This document shows positions 25,791-40,569 of a DNA stretch of 64,000 bases, one piece after another; position 1 is the stretch's first letter, and every line of letters starts with the position of its first letter. This stretch comes from Schmidtea polychroa (taxonomy: Eukaryota). The stretch covers positions 14,076,001 to 14,140,000 of the forward strand of contig CM097885.1 in NCBI GenBank assembly GCA_044892525.1. Direction: 5' to 3'. Both the position numbers and the translations under genes were made by a program. The notes under the pieces were generated by a model, which saw only the letters and a list, made by a program, of their open reading frames with translations, was not told the DNA's origin and made no database searches.

Positions 25791-28700
25791 TAAAAGTTCA
25801 AAAATAGTAATTAAAAATCATAAAAATTAAGAATGAATATTTTCCGTGGGAAACTGGTATGTGCAGATGCCGAACAATGAGACGAGTTCAAATATAATAA
25901 AACTTAAGTCAGTGAGGGGCAAATTACAAAAACTAAAATTAATTAGCTAATAAAAAAATTGAGGAAATGCGAAACTCGTGAGGTGTCAGAGGACTCGAGT
26001 GGTCAATCAAATTAATTAGAGGCAGTCGACAAATAATTAAAATGTGGCAAACTATCAAAAAAAGTATAAATCGCCCAAAACAATTAGGTTGGTAATATGA
26101 AGCGCGGGGAAAAGTATCCAAATTAATTTGATAAGGAGAATTTATAATCACGAGACGGACATAAAAGCCACCGGTAAGTAAATAGTATAACCAGTATGTC
26201 GAAGAAAGAAAAGTGATAGTATAGCGAAAAGAAATGTTAGATGACAGGGGCAGGACCATTAACACATTTGTCCTAACAACTGACTATAAGACTGGGCCAA
26301 ACAAGTTCAGGGTATAGTAAAAAAGCCAGTAGATCCAACAAAACAAATTGATCAAACAATTCAGATGAACTCGATAATTCAAATCAGACTTATTCCACAT
26401 TGACAGTTAAATTCTGGAACATTACAACTCTTAATTCAATCGATAATTCAAATTAGACAATTCCTGATTTATATATTATCTTGAGATAATCTATGTGACC
26501 TAATTATCTTTTGTGATTTGTAAAAGTACAAAAATATAAATTAAAATCAAAAAAAATTAAAAATGAATATTTTCCGGGTGAAACTGGTATGTGCAGATGC
26601 CGAACAATGAGACGAGTTCAAATATAATAAAACTAAAGTCAGTGTGGGGCGTCCCTATAAGCAAATAATTACAAAAACTAAAATTAATTAGCTAATAAAA
26701 AAATTGAGCCAATGGAGAACTCGTGAGGTGTCAGAGGACTCGAGTGGTCAATCAAATTAGGTAGAGGCAGTCGACAAGTAATTAAAATGGGGCAAACGAT
26801 CAAAAAATGAATAAATTGCCCAAACCAATTAGGTCTGTAATATGAAGCGCGGGGAAAAGTATCCAAATTAATTTGATAAGGAGAATTTATAATCACGAGA
26901 CGGGCATAAAAGCCACCGGTACGTAAATAGTGAGAAAAGAAAAATAATAGGTAAACAAACAAATAAATAAAAACGAATGGAGCCTCAGCCTCCGGTTCAC
27001 TAAGTATCCAATACGATCGCAATTAATCTCCCTTATGTGTAGCCGTGGCGGTGTGACACGTTGGTACTGCACACATAGGTTGGAATTTACCAACAGGTGA
27101 GCTCCTGCCTTAGAACTATTCTTGGTGAACTCGCGCTTCTGATTCTCGTGGGACCGACGCCGAGGCGGTATTAGATTGAAGGTTCGATGGAGTGGAGGGG
27201 CGGAAGTTGAGGCCCATGTCCTACGCAGCGGGTCGATACTCGTGACCCTACAGCGGTTTGATGGTGGACCGGGAACACCTTAGTTCCCTCCTGAATCGGG
27301 TATTCACGAACTCGTTTTAAGATTTCTGCTTCAATGTACACTTTCTGCAGTGCCTCTGATTGGGCTTTGATTGAGCCTTTGATTGTTAGCTATTATCACC
27401 GGCTTTCCTCCAGGAGACTGTCACGGCAGTGCTCCATTCTTAAGATCTTTATTCTTTCCTCTTTTATTTGTGGCGGGGAGAACCGCGTGCCTTCGTACGT
27501 ATCGATACGTTTTTTGAGAGCCCCAATATAAACGTGCAATTTCCGGATGTCTTCGTTCTTGTCAGCACAAGAAAAACAGGGTCGGAGTTCTTTATTGGAG
27601 GCGCTGGGTACTAACATATCTACAAAGAAAAAAAGGAAATTCTCTATCATAGCCGATAATGATTATGCAAGTATACTAATGAAGTCAGATGACCCCACAA
27701 AATTGCATTGGTAGTTTCAGCTCCAAGTGGGGGAAAATTATAGATATCCTAGTAAGCTATCATATCGAGCCATCACGCAAGGTCGGTTTCCTTCGGTAGA
27801 TCACCATGCTCAAACAATAGGTTCGAAATTTAATTTTTAAGCTGAATTATTGTGGAAAATCATGAACACACATGCGGTAGCACACATACCCACCATACCA
27901 GCATTTGTGACAATATTCAATGATTGCTCAATTTTCTATTCCCCTTTTCTATCTCAATTTTATTTATTCACAAAAATCGGTGTAGGAGTAACGGGATATA
28001 TCATCAGTCAGCAGAATAATATTTCCCCTTGACGACGCAGTGAAGGAGGGATTGGGTGGGACTTGATCGAGACGAAACTGACAATTGAAAATAAATAATA
28101 ACGAATTTAATGACTCAGAATTAAATTGTTTCCTAATACTGTGGGGGCTTATTTTGTAGCTCCACGACAAATGCGGAAAGTTGCTTACATTACTAGCCAA
28201 ATTTACTGTAAAATTCCTATGTACTGTTTGTAACAATGATGTAATACGGTTAGAGTTTTATTGGCGATTGTGTGCGGTCCTATGGGTCACTACTTATGTG
28301 ACGGCCATCCTAATAACAACAAGAAATACTAATCCTAGGTCAATGACAGTAATGCTAACAGTCATAATAAAGATAATAATAATGATAACGATAATAACGA
28401 CTAGACTAGTATCAATAATGATAATAAATAAAATAATCAAAATAATAATGATGTTTATAATTAATAATTAAAATAGGAATAATAGTAACCATAATAATAA
28501 GAATAATAATTATAATAATGATAATCAAGATAATAACAGTTGTGTGACGTCCTCCACTTGGAATAGCGATGCATGTGGTTATATCCGTCACCCACAATTC
28601 CTACTACGGACGGTCATCTATCTACCGGCATTTGATCTCGGGTTTCGGTTAGTGGAATGCCTGATTCTGTTAATGTACTATAACACTGACGATTCCTCAG

Positions 28701-30762
28701 CAGAAGTTATCAACTTTCTAATTGCCTGGCTGAATATGTTTATACGCCATATCAGGAAAAGATAATCAATGGTTAAAGCGCGATAGAAATTTATGTCAGA
28801 AGAGATATGCGTGCGGCATCATAGACACTCATGTACCGGTGAATTATCTCGCAATAACTGTAAATATTTATGTCTTATTTATGGAAAATTTGATTTTTAT
28901 TTAGATTGACGAGACACTATCTGCGATGATATCAAGATCGACTGAATTTTCCCATGGATTCACTGGAATGTCAGGTTCGGCGGTTTTCCAATAGACGTCG
29001 CCTATCAAGATCGATTTACGCGCTAACACAAAATAGGTAAGTTCACATTTCATATGAAATGAATTTAACGTTGATTTTCCTTACAAGACTGTGGGCAAGG
29101 TATTCTACTAACCACACTCTACCCCTGTGAGTTCGAATTTCCTGGAAATGCCTAACCGAGAAAATGAAGCTTGTGCTCTAATGATTAACGACGATTTGCA
29201 ATTGACGAAAATTTCGATTATTATTGTGGAATTTTTTCTCGTTCTCCTATTTGATCGCAACCAAATGAAAGCCTCTGGGTGTTCACTTCACTATCTCCGT
29301 TTCAACTCGGAGTTTCTCCACTCCCCATGACACACCCAAGAGTCACAGGCATCACTACCCACCACTCTCGCATCATCATGAGGGACAGTCAACTCCATAT
29401 GATTAAAATTAAAAATGAAAGAAACACAATTCGAACCATTAAAAATTCATTAATATAATTCAATACAAATAATTTACCTGGCGACCATGCCATTTGGAGT
29501 TTTGATCATGATATCCTTGGTCAACATCCTATCCACCCATCATAATCCACTCCACTATTCCATATCGATTTTCAGTGGAAACTTTTTAACAATCATCATC
29601 CATCGTTTCCACGTTTCTAATAAACCAACATTCTTCGAGAAATCATAAGTTTCGTCCTCAGTTCAATGATCCTGTTCCTCCTTGGATCTCTTTGATATAA
29701 TCAAAATATCACTTGGCGTTCTCGATATCATGATGGAACTCCCAGATAGCACCGTCGCCAGTACCGTAAAGAAGAAGTAAGTCCTTGAGTTCATAATGAA
29801 AAATTTATTCAGTGAAATTATTCAATAAATATAACTAAATAAAATACAATCATATCAAACCATACTAAGATTCTCTAAAACCGATGAATGGAGTTGAATC
29901 GGTTATGCTGCTTCCTTCCGTAAAAAGTTAGTTCTGATGAATATTTATTAATGTTGATCCTTCTTAGCCGAATTCTTCGGTGTCGTTGTGAAATTTTTGT
30001 CGAGTCTGTATTGATATTTTTTTAAAAGTGGTGATTTTACTGAATTGGCGTTGGTTTATATATCTATTTTGGTCCAATCAGGACGAATCTGGGGTTTATT
30101 TTTATTAATTATTATTGTTTTGTAATTTTTTATTACATTTTATTACATTATTTTTTTTCCTTTTTGCTAGTTGCACGTAGTTGATATCTTATTTCCTATA
30201 ATTGTTCCTATTTCTCATGATTTTTATTTTTTGATTGTTTTTGTTTTATTATTTATTTCGGTTTCTTCTAATGGGTTTTCTTTGGTTTATCGTTATGTTG
30301 ATTAGATTCGGTTAAGGTTACTTTATTTAAAGTTATTTTATTTTTATGTGGTTTCCTCTTTCATACCCGATTCAACTCCATCAAAATTTATAACTTCGAG
30401 ATTTAGCCCAACAATAGTATTATCAGTAGGTCGAAGAAAGAAAAGTGATAGTATAGCGAAAAGAAATGTTAGATGACAGTGGCAGGCCCATTAACACATT
30501 TGTCTTAACAACTGACTATAAGACTGGGCCAAACAAGTTCAGGGTGAATGTGTATAGTGAAAAAGCCAATCAGTAGATCCAACGAAACAAATTGATCGAA
30601 CAATTCAGATGAACTCGATAATTCAAATCAGACTTATTCCACATTGACAGTTTAATTCTGGAACATTACAACTCTTAATTCAATCGATAATTCAAATTAG
30701 ACAATTCCTGATTTATATATTATCTTGAGACAATCTATGTGACTTAATTATCTTTTGTGATT
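25791..30762 (-). mobile_element. Degenerate tyrosine-recombinase retroelement with split direct repeats (Ngaro/PAT-like, DIRS order), no recognisable RT
   Basis: On the minus strand: A1 (30762-30413) - internal - B1 (26931-26521) - A2 (26519-26181) - B2 (26186-25791). Internal YR-like remnants LTYFVLAR..IGDVYW..IKIKFS..FSQAIRKLI..STLTESGIP..AGR* at about 29055-28610. Confidence 0.65.
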
Positions 30763-31158
30763 TAATTATATCAGGAAAATTCAATTTTATTATGACAATT
30801 CAATTTTATTTGTCTGTGTCGAAAATGTATTATTCCATTCATATGGTGGTAGTGTGACAATTCAATTTTAGATAATTTGTGATCAAATATGTGACTTAAT
30901 TATTTTTTATTTATTTTATGGATTTATATTTTATGGTGTAAATAATTGTTCATCTTTTATTTTTACGACTTATCATTTTATTTCATACATAAAATCTTAA
31001 CTACATAATTTAGGATCGGAATTTCTTTATTAATGATATTACATTAGTGGCCAAGGACCAAATGTGAAGCAGTTCAGAGTATATTGCGTAATTCAATACA
31101 ATGTATTAGTTATTACGCAATATACATTACTATTTACAATATACATTACAATATACAT

Positions 31159-31790
31159 TATTGATCTAATGATCTCGTTATGGTTACAAATATTTGTTTG
31201 ACATTTTCTAATGTGTACAAGTTTCCTGTGAGCCCCATATTGACATTTTCACATTTTATTGTGACAAAGGTGCAATTATAAAATGTCAAATGTACAAAGC
31301 AATACTGATAAATTGGATTAGATATAACACAATAAAAACTAATTTGTAGCGGATTTTTGTATGATTTTATGAAATCTTTGATCGGTGCAGGGCCTAATTG
31401 ACACGTAATTTTAATTGATTCTATCCAATCGTATTGCAGTTCACTGTGCTACTGCATGTGATGGTGAATGTGATGGATATATATACCCTGTTTGCACTCA
31501 ATAAACGCACCTATAATATAAATAATAATAAATTAATTATTAAATAGATTAATAAATAAATTGATAAATAGATTAATGAATAAATAAATTATTAAATAAA
31601 TTAATAAATGGATTAATTAATAAATAAATTAATAAATAGACAAATAAATTAATTAATTTATAAATAAATAGATTCTCTCTCTGCTTTCGCCTTTCAAGCG
31701 CATTTCCTCTTGCTTTATTTATATTATCCAAATTGCTTTCGATTTTTTTAATTCTTGTAGAATTGCAAAACTTATCTGGCAGCTAATTCA
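31159..31790. repeat. Fourth partial copy of the TRAF-upstream/NDC80 intron region
   Basis: 31159-31485 matches 19005-19330 and 53137-53465; 31710-31790 matches 54138-54230; exons absent. Confidence 0.8.
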
Positions 31791-33571
31791 ACTTTCTATA
31801 TACCTAGCATGTCAGCAATGTAGAAATGAGACTGAATTCCTATGGATGTGACTTATATATCTACCGCCTATGTTCCTATCCGTTAAGTGATGTCAGAAGA
31901 GCTCGTTGTATCAACCTTTACTCCACCATGTTGAAATCGTCACGCGAAGTGATGTACAATATGTTCTATTGCTTTGCGACGCTTAGGAAGCTAATAATCA
32001 TTTTGTATGTCACGAGCTAACCTAAACTTAAAATATATTAATATAAATAGTTTTTAATTTGAAATTTTTTTTCATTTCTAAATATTTTAAGTGGCTCATA
32101 ATATGTGCGAGTTGGTTGCGAATCCATCGGTTAGGGAGCGTGTATTTGCATTGGTGAGTTACTTTCACCAATATCCTCATTTGAAGATCATTTAGAATTC
32201 TCCCCCGAGTACGGGTGTTGCCAATGAGCAAGACCTATATGGTTATGCTAAAGTTTTGCTCAGATTTTTCGGTGAGCCAAAACCATCAGAACACATTGCG
32301 GCTAATTCCAAATATACCTGAACAGCTCAAATTTAGTCTTCTATTATTAATTTATTATAAATCATGAACATTCATATTTGACTGATCTGATCAATAAACT
32401 GTCACATGCAAAATATTTTGATATTTATTTTATAAATTATTATTATTATTAATATTATATTTTGTTACTTCCACATGAAACCATTTTACTCCATTTCATA
32501 GATATATAATGGTTTTAGGTGCATTGGTGAGAAAGGGAGTGATATTATCTTGTTGATATTAATATTATTATTCATGATGTCATCATGATAATTTCATTGG
32601 TTGATTGTATTACTTTCAATTGTAACATATATTGTTCGTTGATTAATTTCTTTTTAAAATAAATTTATTTCTTTTCGTTAATTTCAAAGCTCTCAAAATA
32701 TTTTCCCGCTTTTTGAACGTTTTGAAAATCACTTGAAAAAGGCAGTACCGAAAATTCGTGAATATCAAAAAACATCGATATATTTACTGATTCATAGTCA
32801 AGCTTTCTAATAAATACAATGTCAATGGAAAAGAAATCAGTGGTGAAAATTGAAAATCAATATTTAAAAAACAATTTAAAATGCAAATATTGATTAGAAA
32901 TTTGAATAATCGAAAAATCAATAATATCTCATAGGGAGAGTATGTGCGAGTAGCAAATGAAAAGATAAATACGAATATAATAATTACAAATAGATGGCGG
33001 ATGGTTCATTGGCAAAGTTATTATGAAAAAATCGATTGGTCACGTTAATAATTTCTAGAGAAATAGTGACATCGATGTTGAGTTTATTCAAATAGGGGCA
33101 TTTAATTGGTCCCCGTTGGAGGCAAGCAAGTTTAACATTTTTCAAAGTGTTGGTAACAGTGATTGTTTGGAGCTCTTAATTTTATCGATTATTGGTGATA
33201 GTTTCAATGGTTTGTCACATCAAACTCGTAAAGAATAGATGAATAAAAAAAGAATTATTGACAACTTTCCCCCGAAAGTTTAATAACTCCACAACATTAA
33301 AAATAGCATTATTATGATAAAATATGAAAATATAAATGACCTCAACAATTTTTATTGCATCTTCATTTACACGATTGTTCAAGTAGTTTTTATTTTATAG
33401 GTTATTTGATCTATAATCGAAATGAAGATAAATGAAATTCTAAAAATTTGCAAGCAATTCGTTAAATCATCAACTACAGTCATATTAATTTTAATATGAA
33501 TTATGATAATTAATTGATAATCAATTATAATATAATTTCAATTTATAATTTAGGTTTCTATATATATTAAA

Positions 33572-36500
33572 ATTTTACCTATTGGGTCATATAAGGGAGA
33601 TCCAGAAAAGTTCGACGATTTTTTTCACTGAGATTTCTCAGTATGTAGAGGCTTGTGGTTGGACACTTGATGAATTGAAAACAAGAATCCCCTTATATGT
33701 GAAGTAATCGAAATAATGATAGAGATAATGGAAATAATCGTTTTAGAGATATATACTCGTTTTGGTAGATATATACTCGAGATGATAGGAACAGTCGTTT
33801 CGAAAATAATAGATATAACCATCCGGAATATAACAGAAAGGATTTAAGAAACAGGCGAATGAGCTCATATAGACAAAATGAGTATAGAGAGAGGCGACTA
33901 AGCCCGTATAACAATGATAGTAGAGAAAAAGTATATTTACAAGGAAAAATCAAATGTTATAATTGCGAGAGATATGGCCACTTAGCGAAAACATGTTATA
34001 AACCGCGAGAAAAATCGCCAATCAGAGTAAATATTAAAGAGGAACTAGATATAAAACAGGTAAATAGTGCTGAATTGGTAGCAGCTATTAATGAGATAAA
34101 TATGTTCAGAGAAGAGTTAAAAGAGTTCAAGACTCTATGTTGTAGACTTATTGAGAAAATACTTGAGGTATCAATAAATGAATTAGAAATTTTTACAAAT
34201 GAAGTATTTATTGATGATGATGGATTTAGAAGAGCCCAAGAGGCCGATAACAAATTTTTAACAAGGATAACAGATAAAGACTGTTTCGAGAAAATTTGAT
34301 AAATGCACTAATCTGCTTGATCCATTATATAAAATCAGTGATGATATGTGGATTACGATGTCCGACAGAAAAGAAGCAACAAAGCTGCATAAACTAGAAT
34401 TAATTGAACTAGAGAAAAAACTAGAATTTATGGAAGTCAACGAAATGGACAATAATGGCATGTATACAAGAGAAGACATAGAAAGTGCCAGAAAACACAT
34501 GTTAATTCCTTATGAAAAAGAAAAAAATAATAAAAAAAAATCAATCATAGTAAATAAAGTAATCGAATGTAGTCATGGGGGAAGCTGCAATTTTGATGTA
34601 TTATTGTCAAAGGAACATTTTAAAAATGTGGTATACCGAGTATTGAAAATGATTTGCTCGTAATTAATGTCATTAAAACAGCTCAGACAAGTGTTTGGAA
34701 ATTCGTACAAGCTAATAGCATGTTTTTGCCCATTCATAGCCAAATATTTAATAACAACAAAACATGACAAAGAGATCCGATTAATAAAAAGACGAAGAGA
34801 AGACGAGCAGCAGATAATGATCATAGAAAAAGATGAAGAGAACCCGGAAGAATCGGAACAACAGCCAAGCAGAGGCATATACGATAATCAAAGAGATTTA
34901 TGAAAAGAAATGGAAAATTATAATGCCAAAACTAAGCAAAAGTTGTCATGGTGTACCCAGAAAAATATACGGGTGCTATGGTTTGGAACTTTGCATGAAT
35001 GACATATGGGGATCAGCAAATGAAGCAAGACCATTACTTCAAATAACAATAAATAATATAAGCATACACGCTCTAGTTGATACAGGAGCAGCAGCATCAT
35101 TGATAAGAGAGGATCAATTAACAGAGAATCAAATGAAAAATATTGTAACCACAAGAGAAAGAGTGGTATCATTGTCAGCACACGATATTCCATTAAAAGG
35201 AAACATTGAACTGACAGTCCATTTGGCAAGTCAAACAATAAATCATATATTTAAAGTCGCTGAGGAGTGCAAAAGCATGTGTGTTCTTGGAATGGATCTA
35301 CTTAATAAACTAGATAAGTTTGTGATAGATTTAACAGATAGTACAGTTAAAAGGAAAGTGTTAGTTTACTTATGCAATTAAAGAAAAATGATATGGGGAT
35401 ATTGAGTAGATAAAAGTTGTAGAGGGCAACAGAGTCTCCGCAAAAATACCTGTTTGGGACAGTTGGCATGCGTGTATGTTATGAATAAGTAGAGTATACA
35501 GCTAGATATCAATTATAATATAAAAAGAAAATAAACGCGAACAATAACTCCAGCTTTTATTAAAAAGAAAATAATTAGTCAACCTTGTTTTTGTGAAAAC
35601 GGGAAATTAAATCTTTTGCTTTTCGGATATATCTTCGAATAGTGAATAATAGTGAATAATGGTAGTGAATAATTGTATTTTTCTTTCGAGTAAATCTTCG
35701 TAAATATATCTTTGAATAATTTCAATTCGGTATATCTTCGAATAGTTTTTTATTGATCTTTTTATTTGTTTCCATTTTCTATTGCTATATAGTTTATTTT
35801 TTTTAAAAAAAGATAAAAAAAGAGTTTTCCACGTGCAACGCACAGAATTGTTACTTACATTGAACCAGAACAACCAACAATTAAAATAAAATATAACAAT
35901 ACATTACAGAACTTCCCCCTTTAAAACCGGAGGTTAACATTTAAACGGCTTTACATATTTACAAAAAAATTAAAAATATGTTGTTGGAATTTGTGATGGT
36001 TTAGTTGTGTTTTTGTTTTGTGTTTTACAACTAAAAAAATTATAAAAATTGTACAACTAAATCTTGATCACGCAGTTCTGCTGGTACTATAATTCTTTTG
36101 TTGTTGTCGTTTGAAGTGTCGTACCATATGCCGTCTATTTCTTCCAATTGGAGTGAATTCAACCTTTTTTTTCAGATTTTCTTTTGCCTGTTTAAAGCTG
36201 TTATTAGTTTTTCGTTCCAATTTATTTTGATGATTCTCTTTATTTTGTTCAATTTGTTGAGAGGGGCTAGCATTTCGCTACATTTTGGTACGTATTTGTG
36301 ATAGAAGTTGATCATGCCAAGGAAACGTCTTAGCTCTTTTGTTGTTTTGGGTAACGGATAGTTTTTGATTGCTTTGATTTTGTCGTCTAATGGTTTTATT
36401 CCGTTTTCGTTTAACAGATCTCCCAAAAATTTATTTCTCTTTTCAAAAATTCACATTTTTTTATGTTAATTTTTAGTTTATATTTGTTTAATATTTCGAA

Positions 36501-39500
36501 CACATTTTTAATGTTTTGTAAATGTTCTGTTTTGTTTGCTGATGCTATCAAGATGTCGTCTAGATGTGCGACTGTGTTTTGTTGATTTCGAAATATTTGG
36601 TCCATAAAGCGTTGGAAAGGGGCTGCTGCGTTTTTTAATCCAAAAGGCATTTTGTTATATTCGAAAAGTCCTATGGGTATGATGATTGCAGTTTTATTTG
36701 TGTCTTCCGTTCTGACAAGAATTTGATGACAGGCTTTTTCTAAGTCTATTTTGCTGAAAGTTTTGGGTTTGTTTAATCTGTTAATGATGTCGTTTATTAT
36801 TGGAATTGGGTATTTATCGGTTGTTGTGATATTCTTTAATACTCTGTAGTCTCCACAGGCTCGCCATTCGCCGTTTGCATTTTCTTTGCGCATGAGAGCT
36901 GATGACCAGTTTGAGTTTGAGTGTTTGACGATTTGGTTTTCTAGTAGTTCGTCGAATATTTTCTTAGGTATTTCGAGTTTATTTTTGTCTAATTTTCTGA
37001 CTTTTGCATGGACTGGGTTTCCGTTGCTAATTATTATGTGTTCGGTTATGCATTTTTTGTTATTGTTTGCCTCTAGTTTATTAGTTATATTTGGTACATT
37101 TTGTATTAGTTTTGCGATTTCATTAGGTATATGCCAGTTTGTTTCTGTTTTAATTGTTTTTGTTTTACCGTGTTGGGCTGTTATTACTCCGATGTCACAA
37201 TTGATTTGTTTCTTGGATTGTTTATTTTGGTTGTATATGTTGCTTAAATTGTTTGGTAAGACTTTTCCATTCTTGCAGTCGACTAGTAGATCGAAGTTTG
37301 AGAGGAAATCTGCTCTTAAAATGGATTGTTTGACTTCAGCGATAGTGAATTGCAAATTGTATTGTGTGTTGTTGATGATGATTTTAATGTTTTGTTTCCC
37401 GAACGTTTTGATTGGGCTGCGTTTGCTGCACACAAATTCGAGGTTTCTGTTTTGTATTTTTATACAAGTAATTCGGAACAATGAAATTATTGAGCCTGAA
37501 TCAACGAGAAAGTTAAGGCCATTGCTATGCACTGTGAAAGTTTGGCTGTCACCAATTGTCGGTGCTATCATTGGTGACTTTATATGTTTCCCGACTCTTC
37601 TTTGTCGAAGGTGCAGGGTTTGTTGCATTTATATGCTTTATTCCCAAATTTATTGTGGTAGTAACAATAGTTTTGGTTTGTGCATTTATTAGGGTTGTTC
37701 CATGTTTTGTTTTTGTCCAAGCTGTTGCGGCTGCCTGATCTTGTATTTTGTGTTGGATAATTTTGCCTGTTTTCATAACATTGTGTTCTCCTGGATACTC
37801 TTCTTTGTAATTCGGTAATGTCTTTTCTTAGACTTTTGTTTTCGATAATTATTTCGTCAAAATTTTGTTACCAAAGTTGAGAGGAGTTTGTTCCTTTCTG
37901 TAGTTTCTGAGCTATTGTGTACCGGGATGTTTTGTTCATTATTTTTGGAATAATTTTTGTTTTGGTATGTTCTACATATTGTCGGGTATATTTTGGCGTT
38001 GATTTTGTCTGCTATGTTTGCCAGGGTTTCGAGGTCTGTGCAGTTGCTGACAGCTAGAATCCGGCATATTTCAGGTAGGTCTTTGATAATCTCTTTTGAC
38101 CCGGTGCTTGTTATTTTAATTTGTCAGTATTCGAGTTTTGTTTTTAAATTTCGCAGGAATTCAGACGGTTTGACGTTACCCAATTGTATATCTTTCAAAC
38201 ATGATTCAAGTAGTTCTCGTTTGTTTATTTTGTTCCTATTTATTAGGGCATTGTATAAGTTTTCGAAAGGGTTGTCATCCATTGATATTTACTCTATTCT
38301 ATCGGCTATTTCGTTGAGGATGTTGCTTGGAAAGGCGGCAATTATGTGAGAGCAAACTGTTTTTGATGATTTGATGCCTGATATACTAAATGTTAGTTTG
38401 GCGAATTCTGCCATTTTGGTGATGTTCCATTTTTGTCTGTAACGAAATTTGAGATGGACGCCTTAGGAATTGTTACTTACATTGAACCAAAACAACCAAC
38501 AAATAAAATAAAATATAACAATACATTACAGAAAGCAAACCACCGTAATGCAAAATTTTCAGAGGTAAAATTCTTGGAAGCTTTTGAGCTAGAATACAAA
38601 TGCGATCATATAGTTCCTGTAAAAGTTAATGTCAAAAGTGAGAACACTTTTATTTTTGAGCCAGATACAGCAATCACAAAAAATCACAATGCAATGCTAA
38701 TAGACGAGTATGTAATCCCGATACGAATTGCAAATTATGAAAATAATAATATAAAAATACATAAAGGTACTAAACTAGGAAAGCTATTTAAAGGAAAAGC
38801 AGAACAAATTATTGAAATAAGTGAGATGTTAATAACAGAGAATACGAGTGAAAACGTTGTCGAACTGGGTCAACCAAATAACATAAAATTCTACGATAAA
38901 GTAAAAATTGATAATAAATATTTAAATGAAAATCAACAATCACAATTACAAACCTTAATTGATGAATATAACGATGTTTTCGCTAAACATGAATTTGATT
39001 TAGGAGATACCGACATCATTAAACACATGATAGATACAGGTAATGCTAGATCTATAAAACAAAGACCCTATGGAGTACCTTATAAATTGAGGAAGGAAAT
39101 AAAACGAAAAATTAAAGAACTAAATATGCAGGCATAATTAAACAAAGTTTTCACAGTGGGCATCACCAATAGTACCAGTTAGAAAAAAAGATGGAGAAAT
39201 AAGAATGTACATTGACTATTGTAAACTAAATGACGTAACAGTAAAAGACTCATACCCATTCCCAAAAGCACAAGAACAATACGATAAATTAAGAGACTCT
39301 AAATATTTTTCAGTCATTGATGCAAATAAGGGTTATATGCAAATCCAAATGGAGGAAGGGATGCGGAAAAAACAGCTTTTGTCATTGAAGACGACCTATT
39401 TGAGTATACAAGATTACCTTTTGCGTTAACCAATTCACCAGCAACCTTCCAGTGTTTATTGAAAACAATATTAGTAGATGTACAACATTGCGCAATTTAG

Positions 39501-40350
39501 ATGTACGTTATACTAATATCATCAAAAACATTTGAGGAACATTTAAAAGACATTACAAACGTATTACAGCAATAAGGAAAGGCAAAGATAAAAATTAAAT
39601 CAACTAAATGTAAATGGGCGAGCCCTCAGCGTTATTTTTGGGACATATTGTTAGTGTGGAGGGCATAACACCAAACCCAGATCAAATTAAAGCTGTGAAA
39701 AAGTTTCCAGTCGCAAAAACATTACAACAAGTGCAAGGATTTTTAGGTTTAACAGGGTACTATCGTAAATTTTTACAAGACTATGAAATTAGCAGCGCCG
39801 ATGATAGAATTAACAAAAGGAATAAAAACCAAGGGAGAAAGTAAAAATGTATTAATAGTACAAAGTAATAACGATAAAATCAATAAACCACAAAAGAAAT
39901 GGACAGCAAAACATCAAGAAGCTTTTGATCAACTAAAAGAAAAATTAGTAACTGCACCAATATTAAGATACCCAGACAATTTATAGTTATGACGGACGCC
40001 AGCGGGAAGGCCGTAGGGGCAGGTTTAGGACAAGAAGAAGAAAAAGGTAAAGATTATGTAATAGCTTATGCAAGTAAAACATTAAAAGGTGCACAGTTAA
40101 GATATTCAACTATAGAAAAGGAATGTTATGCCATAGTTTTTGCGCTAAAACAATTTAGGCCATACATATATGCAACATTGGTAGTTATTAAAACAGACCA
40201 TACACCATTAGAAGGGATATGGAAGCATAAGGATACATCAAGTAGATTATTGAAATGCACAATGAAGAATCAAGACATGCATATTAAAATTATATATAAA
40301 CCCGGAAGGATTAACAGAAATGCGGACGCATTATCAAGAATCCCTGAGTT
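33572..40350 (+). mobile_element. Ty3/Gypsy retrotransposon remnant (gag, protease, RT, RNase H); no LTRs or integrase; interrupted by a second element
   Basis: Zinc knuckle CYNCERYGHLAKTC; protease ALVDTGA; RT WASPIVPVRKKDG, IDYCKLN, FALTNSPATFQ; RNase H TDAS, YSTIEKECYAI, NADALSR; many frameshifts. Confidence 0.92.
35418..38530 (-). mobile_element. Nested Ty3/Gypsy element: truncated 5' LTR (38530-38468), gag, protease, RT, PPT, 3' LTR (35908-35418); integrase deleted
   Basis: FLVDSGS protease; CGDYRVL, FSKIDL, MPFGLKNA, HLDDILI RT; PPT AAAGGGGGAAG next to TGTAATG LTR start; TGTA..TACA ends; 63-bp LTR match on the right. TSD not clearly identified. Confidence 0.88.
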
Positions 40351-40569
40351 AGGAGTATTAGGATTCTCATCCGTTACAACAATAATATCTTTTTGCAAAT
40401 CACTAAATAATTCCATAAATTTTATTCAATAAATTTTTCTCTCAAAAACCTGTCTTTCTTAGTTTTATTATTAAACAAATTTCAATTTTCCTTTTAAAAT
40501 ATTTTTCGATAAAAATATTTTTTTTAAATTTAACAAAATTTCTAATTAAATCTTTAAGAATCTATCAAC

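Noticed and set aside
35425..35485. Minus-strand GTCCCAA..GGAG, superficially twister-like; TGATGAG..GAAA at 46662 is hammerhead-like
   Set aside because: The pseudoknot partner GAGGG, L4 AAGC and the hammerhead core order are not satisfied.
36886..37692. 268-aa hydrophobic plus-strand ORF
   Set aside because: Antisense to the A-rich Gypsy pol.
38433..38530. N-terminus of the 234-aa ORF
   Set aside because: Chance read-through of the nested element's LTR remnant into the outer pol.
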